NCBI GenBank assembly: GCA_021780105.1
Contig: JAJXZJ010000059.1
Span: 3,230 to 67,229, forward strand
Length of the DNA: 64,000 nt
Direction: 5' to 3'
DNA from: a bacterium
Lineage (GTDB): Bacteria > Verrucomicrobiota > Verrucomicrobiia > Limisphaerales > J093
This document shows, piece after piece, positions 57,001-64,000 of the stretch. The notes beneath the pieces are model-generated. The model ran no database searches and was not told where the DNA came from. It saw only the letters and a program-made list of their open reading frames with translations. The position numbers were made by a program, and so were the translations under genes. Numbering within the stretch: position 1 is the first letter of the stretch; the number at the start of each line of letters is the position of its first letter.

Positions 57001-58704
57001 GGGCACCTTCGCAAACCCAAACCAGGTCAGCGCCAGCAGGCCGGCGTAAAGCACCAGCCCGAGGCCGCAGTGGCGCAATATCCGGCCCAGTCCCGCGACA
57101 TAAGCCAGCCGGCCACCCTCGAACACGCGGTTGAACCCGGTGAACAGCCAGCCGACGGAGCCGTGAATGATACGCCCGATCGTGTCCTTCGGCGCGTGGT
57201 GCGGCTGGAGCAGCAACGCGGCGAGCGCCGGGCTGAGCGTGAGCGAGTTGAACGCCGAGATCAGCGTCGAAATCGCAATGGTCAGCGCGAACTGCTGGTA
57301 GAACTTGCCGGTGATGCCGCTGATGAACGCGGTCGGCACGAACACCGCGCTGAGCACCAGCGCGATCGCAATCACCGCGCCGCTGACCTCGTCCATCGCC
57401 TTGCGCGCCGCGTCCGCCGGTGCCAGCCCCTCGGCGATGTGCCGCTCGACGTTTTCCACGACGACGATCGCGTCGTCCACCACGATGCCGATGGCCAGCA
57501 CCAGGCCAAACAGCGTAAGGTTGTTGATCGAAAAGCCAAAGGCCGACATCGCCGCGAAGGTGCCGATCAACGACACCGGCACGGCCACCAGCGGGATGAT
57601 CGAGGCCCGCCAGTTTTGCAGGAACAACACCACGACGAACACGACCAGCAGCATGGCTTCAATCAGCGTGTGAAGCACGGCGTTGATGGATTCGCGGATG
57701 AAGGCCGAGGTGTCGAAGGCGACGCGATAGTCCAATCCGTCCGGAAAATCCTTCTTCAACTCCTTCATCGCCGCCTCAATGGCATTCGCCGTCTCGATGG
57801 CGTTCGAGCCGGGCTGCTGGAACAAGGCGATGGCCGCGGCGGGCCGGCCATTGAGCCGGCCGTCAATGCTGTAGTCGTTGGCCCCCAGTTCGATCCGTGC
57901 CACGTCCCGCAGCCGCGTGATCTGGCCGCCGGCGTCCGCCTTGAGGACGATCGCACCGAACTCCTCCGGCGTGATGAGCCGGCCCTGCGTGCGGATGGCG
58001 ATCTGGAAGAGGTTGTTGGCCGGCTGCGGCGCCTGGCCGAACAAACCGGCGGCAACCTCCACGTTTTGCCGGCGGATGGCGGCGATCACGTCGCTGGCGG
58101 TGAGGCTGCGCGCGGAAATCTTGCTCGGATCGAGCCAGATCCGCATGCAATAGTCCCGCGCGCCGAAAATGATCGAGTCGCCCACGCCCGGCAGCCGCGC
58201 CAGCACGTCACGCACGTGGAGGTAGGCGTAATTGCTGAGGTAGATCGGATCGTATTTGCCGTTGGGGGAGACGAGGCTGACGATCATCGCAATGGTCGGC
58301 GAGCGTTTGCGGGTGATGACACCGAGGGTGCGCACCTCCTCCGGCAATCGTGGCATGGCCGAGTCCACACGGTTTTGCACGAGCACCTGCGCGGTGTTCG
58401 GGTCGGTGCCGACCTTGAACGTGACCGAGAGCCGCACCGAGCCGTCGCTGCTGCACTGCGCCGACATGTAGAGCATGTCCTCCACCCCGTTGATCTGCTC
58501 CTCCAGCGGCGTGGCCACGGTGTCGGCGACGGTTTCCGCACTGGCGCCCGGATACGTGGCCTGGACGAAAATCGTCGGCGGCGTGATTTCGGGATACTGG
58601 GCCACCGGCAGCGTGAACAGCGCCACCAGCCCCAACACCACGATGAAGATGGAAAGCACGGCCGCGAAAATCGGCCGGCGGATGAAGAAATGGGAAAATC
58701 TCAT
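54061..58704 (-). CDS. RND efflux permease (AcrB-like) continuous with a NodT-family outer-membrane factor lipoprotein in a single ORF
   Basis: ATG at 58704 (MRFSHFFIRRPIFAAVLS). The RND part runs to about aa 1045 (...PVFYVVIRGVLERRKR). With no stop it continues as AAGAALPGGKIAGVLTSLALLGAVSTLFLSGCAAGPNYHPP, with the lipobox Cys codon at 55462..55464, followed by a full OMF to 54061. Confidence 0.8.
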   Translation of the reverse strand: MRFSHFFIRRPIFAAVLSIFIVVLGLVALFTLPVAQYPEITPPTIFVQATYPGASAETVADTVATPLEEQINGVEDMLYMSAQCSSDGSVRLSVTFKVGTDPNTAQVLVQNRVDSAMPRLPEEVRTLGVITRKRSPTIAMIVSLVSPNGKYDPIYLSNYAYLHVRDVLARLPGVGDSIIFGARDYCMRIWLDPSKISARSLTASDVIAAIRRQNVEVAAGLFGQAPQPANNLFQIAIRTQGRLITPEEFGAIVLKADAGGQITRLRDVARIELGANDYSIDGRLNGRPAAAIALFQQPGSNAIETANAIEAAMKELKKDFPDGLDYRVAFDTSAFIRESINAVLHTLIEAMLLVVFVVVLFLQNWRASIIPLVAVPVSLIGTFAAMSAFGFSINNLTLFGLVLAIGIVVDDAIVVVENVERHIAEGLAPADAARKAMDEVSGAVIAIALVLSAVFVPTAFISGITGKFYQQFALTIAISTLISAFNSLTLSPALAALLLQPHHAPKDTIGRIIHGSVGWLFTGFNRVFEGGRLAYVAGLGRILRHCGLGLVLYAGLLALTWFGFAKVPTGFIPTQDKGAIFCYMQLPDGASLQRTEGVSSRVYQLIRETPGIEAVSEFAGLSLVSLGNSANASSMFIRLKPFEERAKTGLTADAIVNQLNARLAAANIQDAVVRFFGMPPVDGLGIVGGFKLQVEDRGNNGYTALQAATYQLAGAAMQDPQHRIAGALSTFRAGVPQVNLDVDRAKAESLGVPLSDVWDTLSVYLGSLYVNDFTIYGRPYHVVAQADAPFRAQPGDVKNLKVRNDHGEMIPLSTLVKVRDINAPVLVGHYNMYPTAEITGATPPGVSASEAIRAMDELAQRVLPHGMTIEWTDLNLLQILAGNTALYIFPLCVLMMFLVLAAQYESWSLPLAIILIVPMCLLFAIGGIWLRGIDNNLFTQIGLVVLMGLACKNAILIVEFAKQLQDAGRNRVEAAIEASRLRLRPILMTSFAFTFGVIPLMLSRGAGAEMRVAIGTAVFFGMLGVTFFGIFLTPVFYVVIRGVLERRKRAAGAALPGGKIAGVLTSLALLGAVSTLFLSGCAAGPNYHPPQTQVSAAFANGGATNFAAAPVAVTWWRGFNDATLNQLVDRAVATNHDLRIATARLREARALRSQAVLDLAPTITGSAGYNKSLASKDSIPFFSVPRSARELQLYSAGFDATWEVDLFGRVRRSVEASTADVAAAEASRRDVLVSLIAEVARNYFELRGTQNELDVARRNVTNQQDTLDITLAKLKAGRATELDAARARSQLNATLALVPPLQASIKENIYRLSVLIGQPPATLEPELASPAPIPALPALVNLGRPEELLRRRPDIRAAERSLAAATARIGVETADLFPRVTFNGNLGVSAGEVSGLFKSGADTYSFGPQITWAALDLGRVRARMQAAHAEADAQLATYEKTVLTALEETEDMLVEFDRAQARRDYLIASARAAEDAVALANQRYQSGIDEFLTVLDAQRTQLSIQEQLAQSQLKTATSLVAVYKALGGGWEIEQPAVPPAAEQTAQK

Positions 58705-58735
58705 AAGCAACCCCGCTGCAACAGGAACGAGTGGT

Positions 58736-59950
58736 TCAGTGGCCGACCGGCGGCTTCGCGACCGCCGCGCCGGCGTTGTCCGCCGCGGTTGCGGCCGGGG
58801 CGGTTTGCGGCTCCACCGGCGTGCCGGGGCGCAACATCATCACGGTCATCAGGCCGTTCACCACGACCCGGTCATCCGTCGAAAGGCCTTTCAGGATCGC
58901 GCGCCAGTCGCCGTAGGCCCGGCCGGTGGTGATGGGCCGGTTCTCCACGACGTTGGTCCGGTTGACGAGGTATACGTATTTGTAGCCCTGGTCCGAGCCA
59001 ATGGCCACGTCCGGGATGACCATCGCCTCCTGCGGTGTCCCCGCCATCACGCGAAGCCGGGCGAACATGCCCGGCACGAGCGCGCGGTCGGCGTTGTCGA
59101 ACACCGCGCGGAGGCGGATGGTGCCGGTCTGCGGGTTCACCTGGTTGTCGAAGAAATCCAGCCGGCCCGCGTGCGGGAAACCGGTCTCGTTCGCCAGACC
59201 CAGGTCGCAGGGAATGGCTCCGAGCCGGTCGCCGGCGCCGGCCACCGCCTTGGCGAACGCGCGGTAGTTCGCCAGCGCCGCCTCCTCGACGTCGAAGTAG
59301 CCGTAAATCGGGTCCTGGGAAACCAGCGTGGCAAGCACGGTCGGGCTGCTGCCGCCTTGCACCAGGTTGCCGACGGTCACCAGGCGCTGGCCGATCTTGC
59401 CGCTGATGGGCGCGGTGACGCGGGTGTAGTCCAGGTTCAACTTCGCGGCGGCCTCGGCGGCTTTCGCCGCGGCAAGCGCGGCCTCCGCTTCCCGGCAGGC
59501 CTTGCTGCGGCTGTCGAGTTCCTCGTCAGAAATGGCCTTCGTGCCGCGCAATTCGTCGGCGCGCTGGAGGTCGTTCTTCGTCAATTCGAGGTGCGTTTCC
59601 GCCTGCTGCCGCTGGGCCTGCGCGCGATCCAGGTCGGCCTGATACGGCTTGGGATCAATCACGAACAGCAGGTCGCCCGCCTTCACCTCCGCGCCGTCCG
59701 TGAAATGGATGGAGTCCAGGTAGCCCGTGACCCGCGGACGGATGTCCACCGACTCGACCGCCTCCACGTGGCCGGGATACTCGTCCCAGTTCGTGACGGT
59801 CATCATCCGCGGCGTGGCCACGGTGACCTTCGGCGTCATCGGCGGCGGCGGTTTGGGGCGGCTGCAGGACGTCAACGTCAGGGCGCCGACGAACACGGCG
59901 AAACCCAGCGCCAGCGGGGATTTCAACAACGACACAAATGTGGGGTTCAT
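58736..59950 (-). CDS. Efflux RND transporter periplasmic adaptor subunit (lipoprotein)
   Basis: ATG at 59950. Lipobox ALTLTSCS. VEAVESVDIRPRVTGYLDSIHFTDGAEVKAGDLLFVIDP, a coiled-coil hairpin, and TRVTAPISGKIG. Confidence 0.9.
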   Translation of the reverse strand: MNPTFVSLLKSPLALGFAVFVGALTLTSCSRPKPPPPMTPKVTVATPRMMTVTNWDEYPGHVEAVESVDIRPRVTGYLDSIHFTDGAEVKAGDLLFVIDPKPYQADLDRAQAQRQQAETHLELTKNDLQRADELRGTKAISDEELDSRSKACREAEAALAAAKAAEAAAKLNLDYTRVTAPISGKIGQRLVTVGNLVQGGSSPTVLATLVSQDPIYGYFDVEEAALANYRAFAKAVAGAGDRLGAIPCDLGLANETGFPHAGRLDFFDNQVNPQTGTIRLRAVFDNADRALVPGMFARLRVMAGTPQEAMVIPDVAIGSDQGYKYVYLVNRTNVVENRPITTGRAYGDWRAILKGLSTDDRVVVNGLMTVMMLRPGTPVEPQTAPAATAADNAGAAVAKPPVGH

Positions 59951-60026
59951 GGTAGTTTCCAAATAAGCGAAAGCGGTGGAGTCAAGTCGGGCGACGGCAA
60001 ACGCCTTGGTCGGGTGCGTCAGTCAA

Positions 60027-60728
60027 TCATGTTCGGTTCGTCTGCCGGGTGGCGCCGGCCCGGCGCGGGGCCTTGGCCTTGCGCGACAACGGCGGGGCCG
60101 CGAGTCCCGCGGAGAAGAAGCCCATCATTTGCTCGAACACGGTCTCGGTGTCCGCCGGGTTGCAAATGCCCTTCGTCACCGTTTCCATTTTCGCGGGATT
60201 GCACAGGATGAACGCCAGCGCGCCCCAGATGAATTCCATCCGCCACAGAAGATCCCGCTGAGGCAAATCCGGCAGCGCGTGCTGAAAGGCCTTGAGATAC
60301 GCCGCCCGGATCGCGGCGTGGGGCCGGGCCAGCAGTTGCTGAATCTGCGAGCTTGGCTCGGTCACGACCCGGCCGACCAGGCGTTTGACCGCCTCCTGCC
60401 GGGCCGAGCCGCCTCCCACCAGCCGGAGCGTGGGCAGAAGCAGGGTTTCCAGAATCGCCTCCACGGTGGGCGGTTGACCGCCGGCCGCCGGTTCCAGATG
60501 GCCGAGCGCGGACAACTGCTCCTCACGCAACGGACGAAACCGCCGGTCCATCACCGCCAGCATCAATCCTTCCTTGGACCCGAAATAATAATAAACCGTG
60601 GCAAGATTGACGCCCGCCTCCTGCACGATGCGACGCAGGGAGGCGCCTTCGAAGCCCGCGTTGGCAAAGGCGTTCTCCGCCGCATCCAGGATGCTGACTT
60701 TCCGGTCCGTTTCCGGCGTGGTCGTCAT
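60027..60728 (-). CDS. TetR/AcrR family transcriptional regulator
   Basis: ILDAAENAFANAGFEGASLRRIVQEAGVNLATVYYYFGSKEGL. First gene of the tetR-adaptor-RND operon. Confidence 0.9.
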   Translation of the reverse strand: MTTTPETDRKVSILDAAENAFANAGFEGASLRRIVQEAGVNLATVYYYFGSKEGLMLAVMDRRFRPLREEQLSALGHLEPAAGGQPPTVEAILETLLLPTLRLVGGGSARQEAVKRLVGRVVTEPSSQIQQLLARPHAAIRAAYLKAFQHALPDLPQRDLLWRMEFIWGALAFILCNPAKMETVTKGICNPADTETVFEQMMGFFSAGLAAPPLSRKAKAPRRAGATRQTNRT

Positions 60729-60733
60729 GTATT

Positions 60734-60759
60734 GAACGTTTGTTTAAAACGAACGTTTG
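60734..60759. promoter_or_regulatory. Two GAACGTTTG direct repeats (each with an AACGTT palindrome) directly upstream of tetR; candidate operator
   Basis: GAACGTTTG occurs at 60734..60742 and 60751..60759, starting 6 nt upstream of the tetR ATG (60728). Confidence 0.35.
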
Positions 60760-60900
60760 ATAACTAGCGCCGCCCGCCGAACGTGTCAAATGAAAGATTG
60801 CGCTGGGTTCGTGGTCCGGCGCGGCTGGACCCGGCTTCCCGTGCGGCTTCGCCGCCCCGGCGCGCATCCGGACTGCTTGCCGCCGTGCCGGCAAGCGCAC

Positions 60901-61016
60901 GAGATCTCGGTAGTGTCCTGTTTTACGGAATTTTAATGGTAGGGCGGCGCTGCTGCGCTGCCAGGCCGAGCAGCCGCCCGGCCCTACCCTCGAAAACAGG
61001 ACACTGTCCAGATCTC
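60901..61016. repeat. ~116-nt compound palindrome (GGTAGGGCGG core) in the tetR / beta-helix intergenic region
   Basis: Nested stems: gagatct/agatctc (60901..60907 / 61010..61016), agtgtcctgtttt/aaaacaggacact (60912..60924 / 60993..61005), ggtagggc/gccctacc (60938..60945 / 60981..60988), gctgct/agcagc (60949..60954 / 60969..60974). Confidence 0.7.
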
Positions 61017-61154
61017 CCCGCTTTGACTTTTTGCGTAATGTAGCCGATTAATTGCCAAAATCGGTGAATGCAAGGTCACGGTTCAGCCCGTGGGTCGTTG
61101 GCCGGTGTTGAGTGGTCACGGCAGCCGTCATTCGCCGGAGCGTCTCGTTGACAC

Positions 61155-64000
61155 ATGCCTAAACAACCCTCCCGCCGTGTGGGCGCGCCTGGCAGCGGTC
61201 GCCGGATCCTGGTCTTCTGGATGGTGTTCGCGCTGGCTTTGCTGGTGGCCGCCGGCCGGGCGCGGGCGGCCACGTTGACGGTGACGACGACCGCCGACTC
61301 GTATGCGTCGCCGGCACCGCTCTCCCTGCGCGCCGCCATCATCGCCGCCAACAGCGCGACGAATCCCGGGCCGGACACGATCATCCTTCCCGCCGGCCAC
61401 TACACCCTGAGCCTTCCCGGTGCCGGCGAGGACGCGGCGGAGACCGGCGATCTGGACATTACCGACGATCTCACCATCGTGGGCGCCGGCGCAGCCGCGA
61501 CCACGATTGACGCCACCGGCCTGGGCGACCGCGTCTTCCAGGTGATCCGCGGCCACGTCCAGATCCGCGGTGTCACCCTCAAGGGCGGCCGTCCGCCCGA
61601 AGGCACCGGCGGGGGCATTCTCAACTTCGGCAACCTGGAGCTGACGGACTGCGTGATCGCGGACAACGACGCGGCGAACGCCGGCGCCGGCATCAGCAAC
61701 CAGAATTTCTCGAATCACGGCACCAATTACTTCGGCTCGCTGAAACTCACGCGCTGTGTGTTCCAGGGCAACGGCCAGGTCGTGCCGCCCAACACCGGCG
61801 GCGCGCTGTATAGCGTCAACGCGCTCACGATCGCCGACTGCACCTTCACCAACAACCTCGGCCGCGCGGGCGGCGCCCTGTATGCCGCCGGCACCAGCGA
61901 TGTCCGCCGGAGCCTGTTCGCCGGCAACACCGCGACGCCGAACGGCGGCGGAGCCATCCTCGTTCCGGTCGGTGGCAGGCTGAATCTGACGGACTGCACG
62001 CTGGCGGCCAACACTTCGACCAGCGACGGCGGCGGAGGCGCCCTGGCCACCACCACCAACCTGGCGGCGCCGCAACCTAATGCGAGCGTGTTGAACTGCA
62101 CGTTCGCGGACAACGTCGCGCCGAACACAGCTTCCGGCGCGACGGTGGCGATTATTTCCGGCTCGGTGACGCTGGAAAACACGATCGTCCGCCAGTCGGG
62201 CGCGATTGCCGCGTTCAATGTCCCGCCGGCTTCGCGCGGGCACAACCTCACCAGCGACGCCTCCGGACCGTCGGACGGCCCCGGCGACCGGTTGAACACC
62301 GACCCGCAACTGGGTTCATTGCAGGACAACGGCGGCCCGACCGCCACGCTCGCGCCGCAGCCGGGAAGTCCCGCGATTGACGCCGGCGCCAGCGCGGATG
62401 CGCCGTTCACGGACCAGCGCGGTTATCCGTGCTGGGTGGGCGCGGCGGCGGACATCGGCGCCGTCGAAACCCAGACGCCGTTTTGGGTCACGAACGTCAA
62501 CGATGCCGGACCGGGTTCGCTGCGCCAGGCCATCCTTGCGGTCAACAGCGCCAACGGCGACGACAGCAGCATTCTCTTCGACATTCCGGGCACCGGTCCG
62601 TTCCGCATCCAGCCGCAGAGCGCGTTGCCCGCGTTGACGCACCCGGCGGTCGTGGACGGTTACAGCCAGCCCGGCGCCAGCCCGAACACATTGACATTTG
62701 GCGACAACGCCACGCCGCAGATCGTTCTGGATGGCGGCGCGCTGGCTCCTTCCAGCGCAGCCGGCGTGCTGTTAAACGCGGACCGTTCCGCCGTCCGCGG
62801 CTTGGTAATTCAAGGCCAGTTTCAGGCCGGCGTGCAGGTGAACGCCAGTCAGACCCGCCTCGAAGGCAACTTCATTGGCACAGACGGGACCGGCAAACTG
62901 AGCCAGCCCAACAACCAGGGCATTGCGCTTGCACCAACCAGCCGCGCGGCGGTGATCGGTGGCGTCACCCCGGCCACGCGGAATCTGGTTTCCGGCAACA
63001 CCGGGGCGGGCATTTACCTGAGCCTTGGCACCGGCAATCAGATTCTCGGCAATTACATCGGCGCCGATGCCACCGGCCTCGCCGCGCTGGGCAACGGCGA
63101 CGCCGGCATCCGTTTCGACAACGCCAGCACGAACACCGTTGGCGGCACGAATGCCAGCGCCCGCAACCTTATTCTCGGCAATCACGGCGCCGGCATCAGC
63201 CTCAGCGGCGCGGACAACGCCGTGTGGGGCAACACGATTGTCTCGAATACCGCAGCCGGTGTGGCGGTCCTGACCGCCCCCGGACCGGCGACGGGCAACG
63301 TCATCGCGGGCAATTCAATCTACGGCAACGGCACGCTGGGCATTGACCTTGGCGGCACCGGTGCAACCCTGGCCAACGATCCCGGTGACGCGGACGCCGG
63401 CCCGAACAATCTCCAAAATTATCCCGTCCTCGTCCGCGCAAGCCCGGTCGGCGGTGGGTTGCAGATTCAATATTCCGTGCCCACCGACCCGGCCAACGCG
63501 AGTTATCCGTTGACCATCGAATTTTTTCTCGCCGACAGCCGGGGCCAGGGCATGACGCCACTGGGCAAGGCCATGTATCCGGCGTTGCTTGCCGGCCTGC
63601 CCGCCACGGCCGTCGTCACCGCAACGCTGAGCGACACACAGCAGCTCGTGGCCACGGCCACCGATGCCGCCGGCAACACGTCGGAACTCTCACCGCCGGT
63701 CCCGGTCAACCAACCGCCCACAATCAATCTCGCCTTTGAGCCGCCGGCCGGCTTCGCCCATACCGCCACCGGCCCGCAAACGGTGGTTGCGCGCGACCTC
63801 GACGGCGATGGCTACGCGGACGTGGTGCTCAACGACCCTGGCAGCAGCAACGTCTGGGTCTGGCCGAACACGAGCGTGGGGCACGGCAATCCGGCCGACT
63901 GGCTGGGCACGCCGCTGAAGTTTGTCACCGGCATTTCACCGGCGGCGGTCGCGGTCGCCGATCTCGACGGCGATGGCAAACCGGACCTGGTCACGGTTTC
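61155..64000 (+). CDS. Very large secreted right-handed beta-helix (CSLREA / choice-of-anchor-Q-like) and FG-GAP/VCBS repeat protein; 3' end beyond the window
   Basis: Hand translation from the ATG at 61155 found no stop to nt 64000. MPKQPSRRVGAPGSGRRILVFWMVFALALLVAAGRARAATLTVTTTADSYASPAPLSLRAAIIAANS...PDTIILPAGHYTL. Repeated G-N-x-I beta-helix turns. End region reads DLDGDGYADVVL and DLDGDGKPDLVT. It is not in the supplied ORF track because no stop codon is reached. Confidence 0.8.
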   Translation, partial: MPKQPSRRVGAPGSGRRILVFWMVFALALLVAAGRARAATLTVTTTADSYASPAPLSLRAAIIAANSATNPGPDTIILPAGHYTLSLPGAGEDAAETGDLDITDDLTIVGAGAAATTIDATGLGDRVFQVIRGHVQIRGVTLKGGRPPEGTGGGILNFGNLELTDCVIADNDAANAGAGISNQNFSNHGTNYFGSLKLTRCVFQGNGQVVPPNTGGALYSVNALTIADCTFTNNLGRAGGALYAAGTSDVRRSLFAGNTATPNGGGAILVPVGGRLNLTDCTLAANTSTSDGGGGALATTTNLAAPQPNASVLNCTFADNVAPNTASGATVAIISGSVTLENTIVRQSGAIAAFNVPPASRGHNLTSDASGPSDGPGDRLNTDPQLGSLQDNGGPTATLAPQPGSPAIDAGASADAPFTDQRGYPCWVGAAADIGAVETQTPFWVTNVNDAGPGSLRQAILAVNSANGDDSSILFDIPGTGPFRIQPQSALPALTHPAVVDGYSQPGASPNTLTFGDNATPQIVLDGGALAPSSAAGVLLNADRSAVRGLVIQGQFQAGVQVNASQTRLEGNFIGTDGTGKLSQPNNQGIALAPTSRAAVIGGVTPATRNLVSGNTGAGIYLSLGTGNQILGNYIGADATGLAALGNGDAGIRFDNASTNTVGGTNASARNLILGNHGAGISLSGADNAVWGNTIVSNTAAGVAVLTAPGPATGNVIAGNSIYGNGTLGIDLGGTGATLANDPGDADAGPNNLQNYPVLVRASPVGGGLQIQYSVPTDPANASYPLTIEFFLADSRGQGMTPLGKAMYPALLAGLPATAVVTATLSDTQQLVATATDAAGNTSELSPPVPVNQPPTINLAFEPPAGFAHTATGPQTVVARDLDGDGYADVVLNDPGSSNVWVWPNTSVGHGNPADWLGTPLKFVTGISPAAVAVADLDGDGKPDLVTV

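Noticed and set aside
54184-58932. 1582-aa plus-strand ORF, the longest in the track
   Set aside because: It is exactly antisense to the RND-OMF ORF, which has unmistakable AcrB and NodT motifs. The product is Arg/Gly/His/Asp-rich with no TM helices or domains.
60876-60895. A small hairpin, cttgccg-N6-cggcaag, as a terminator
   Set aside because: It has no U-tract, lies between two divergent gene starts, and has a short stem. It is probably fortuitous in GC-rich DNA.
61128-63346. ORFs 61128..62309 (-, 393 aa) and 62429..63346 (+, 305 aa)
   Set aside because: They are shadows of the open-ended beta-helix gene in frame 61155+. That frame has a signal peptide and repeated beta-helix motifs; these two have neither.

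Overview
High-GC bacterial chromosomal window with genes on both strands and many long antisense shadow ORFs. Gene content and the repeat-derived peptides suggest a PVC/Verrucomicrobiota-like organism, but that is inference only. All coordinates and alignments were derived by hand.

Genes, left to right:
- MacA-type adaptor (cut by the left edge) and two MacB/FtsX-type permeases.
- A lower-GC islet with a frameshifted SAM methyltransferase and small ORFs.
- MFS transporter and MscS channel.
- A decayed processive GT2 glycosyltransferase.
- PAS histidine kinase plus NarL-type regulator, YebC, and an MMPL/RND exporter.
- A UvrA-family ATPase carrying two in-frame palindromic insertions.
- Fe-alcohol dehydrogenase, ABM monooxygenase, 2-hydroxyacid dehydrogenase, YlbF-like protein.
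- A secreted glycan cluster: GH2, a beta-propeller glycosidase-like protein and a Tat cupredoxin-like protein.
- Pentapeptide-repeat protein, a cydB 3' remnant, a P-type ATPase, a clan GH-A hydrolase and an M28 peptidase.
- BspA-type LRR protein, VOC protein, and an alpha/beta hydrolase interrupted by a multi-TM insertion.
- A multiply frameshifted LuxR-type regulator next to tRNA-Gln, then ispE and a TIGR04073-like lipoprotein.
- A YtrA-type GntR/ABC operon whose permease carries a large duplicated ectodomain.
- DUF47-PiT, a sigma54-dependent regulator, glnD, lysA and a DEDD exonuclease-like gene.
- A tetR-adaptor-RND operon in which the RND pump and the outer-membrane factor are one ORF.
- A giant beta-helix/FG-GAP surface protein that runs off the right edge and is missing from the supplied ORF track.

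I recognised no rRNA, true CRISPR array, transposase or integrase.

Best candidates for something undescribed:
1. The RND-OMF single-ORF polyprotein with an internal lipoprotein signal peptide.
2. The GntR/ABC operon with a permease-tethered tandem-repeat ectodomain of unknown family.
3. REP/MITE-like hairpin elements inserted in frame inside the uvrA-like gene. One of them pairs better as antisense RNA than as sense RNA.
4. An alpha/beta hydrolase whose catalytic fold is split by a membrane domain.

Several independent pseudogenisation events also occur in this window.
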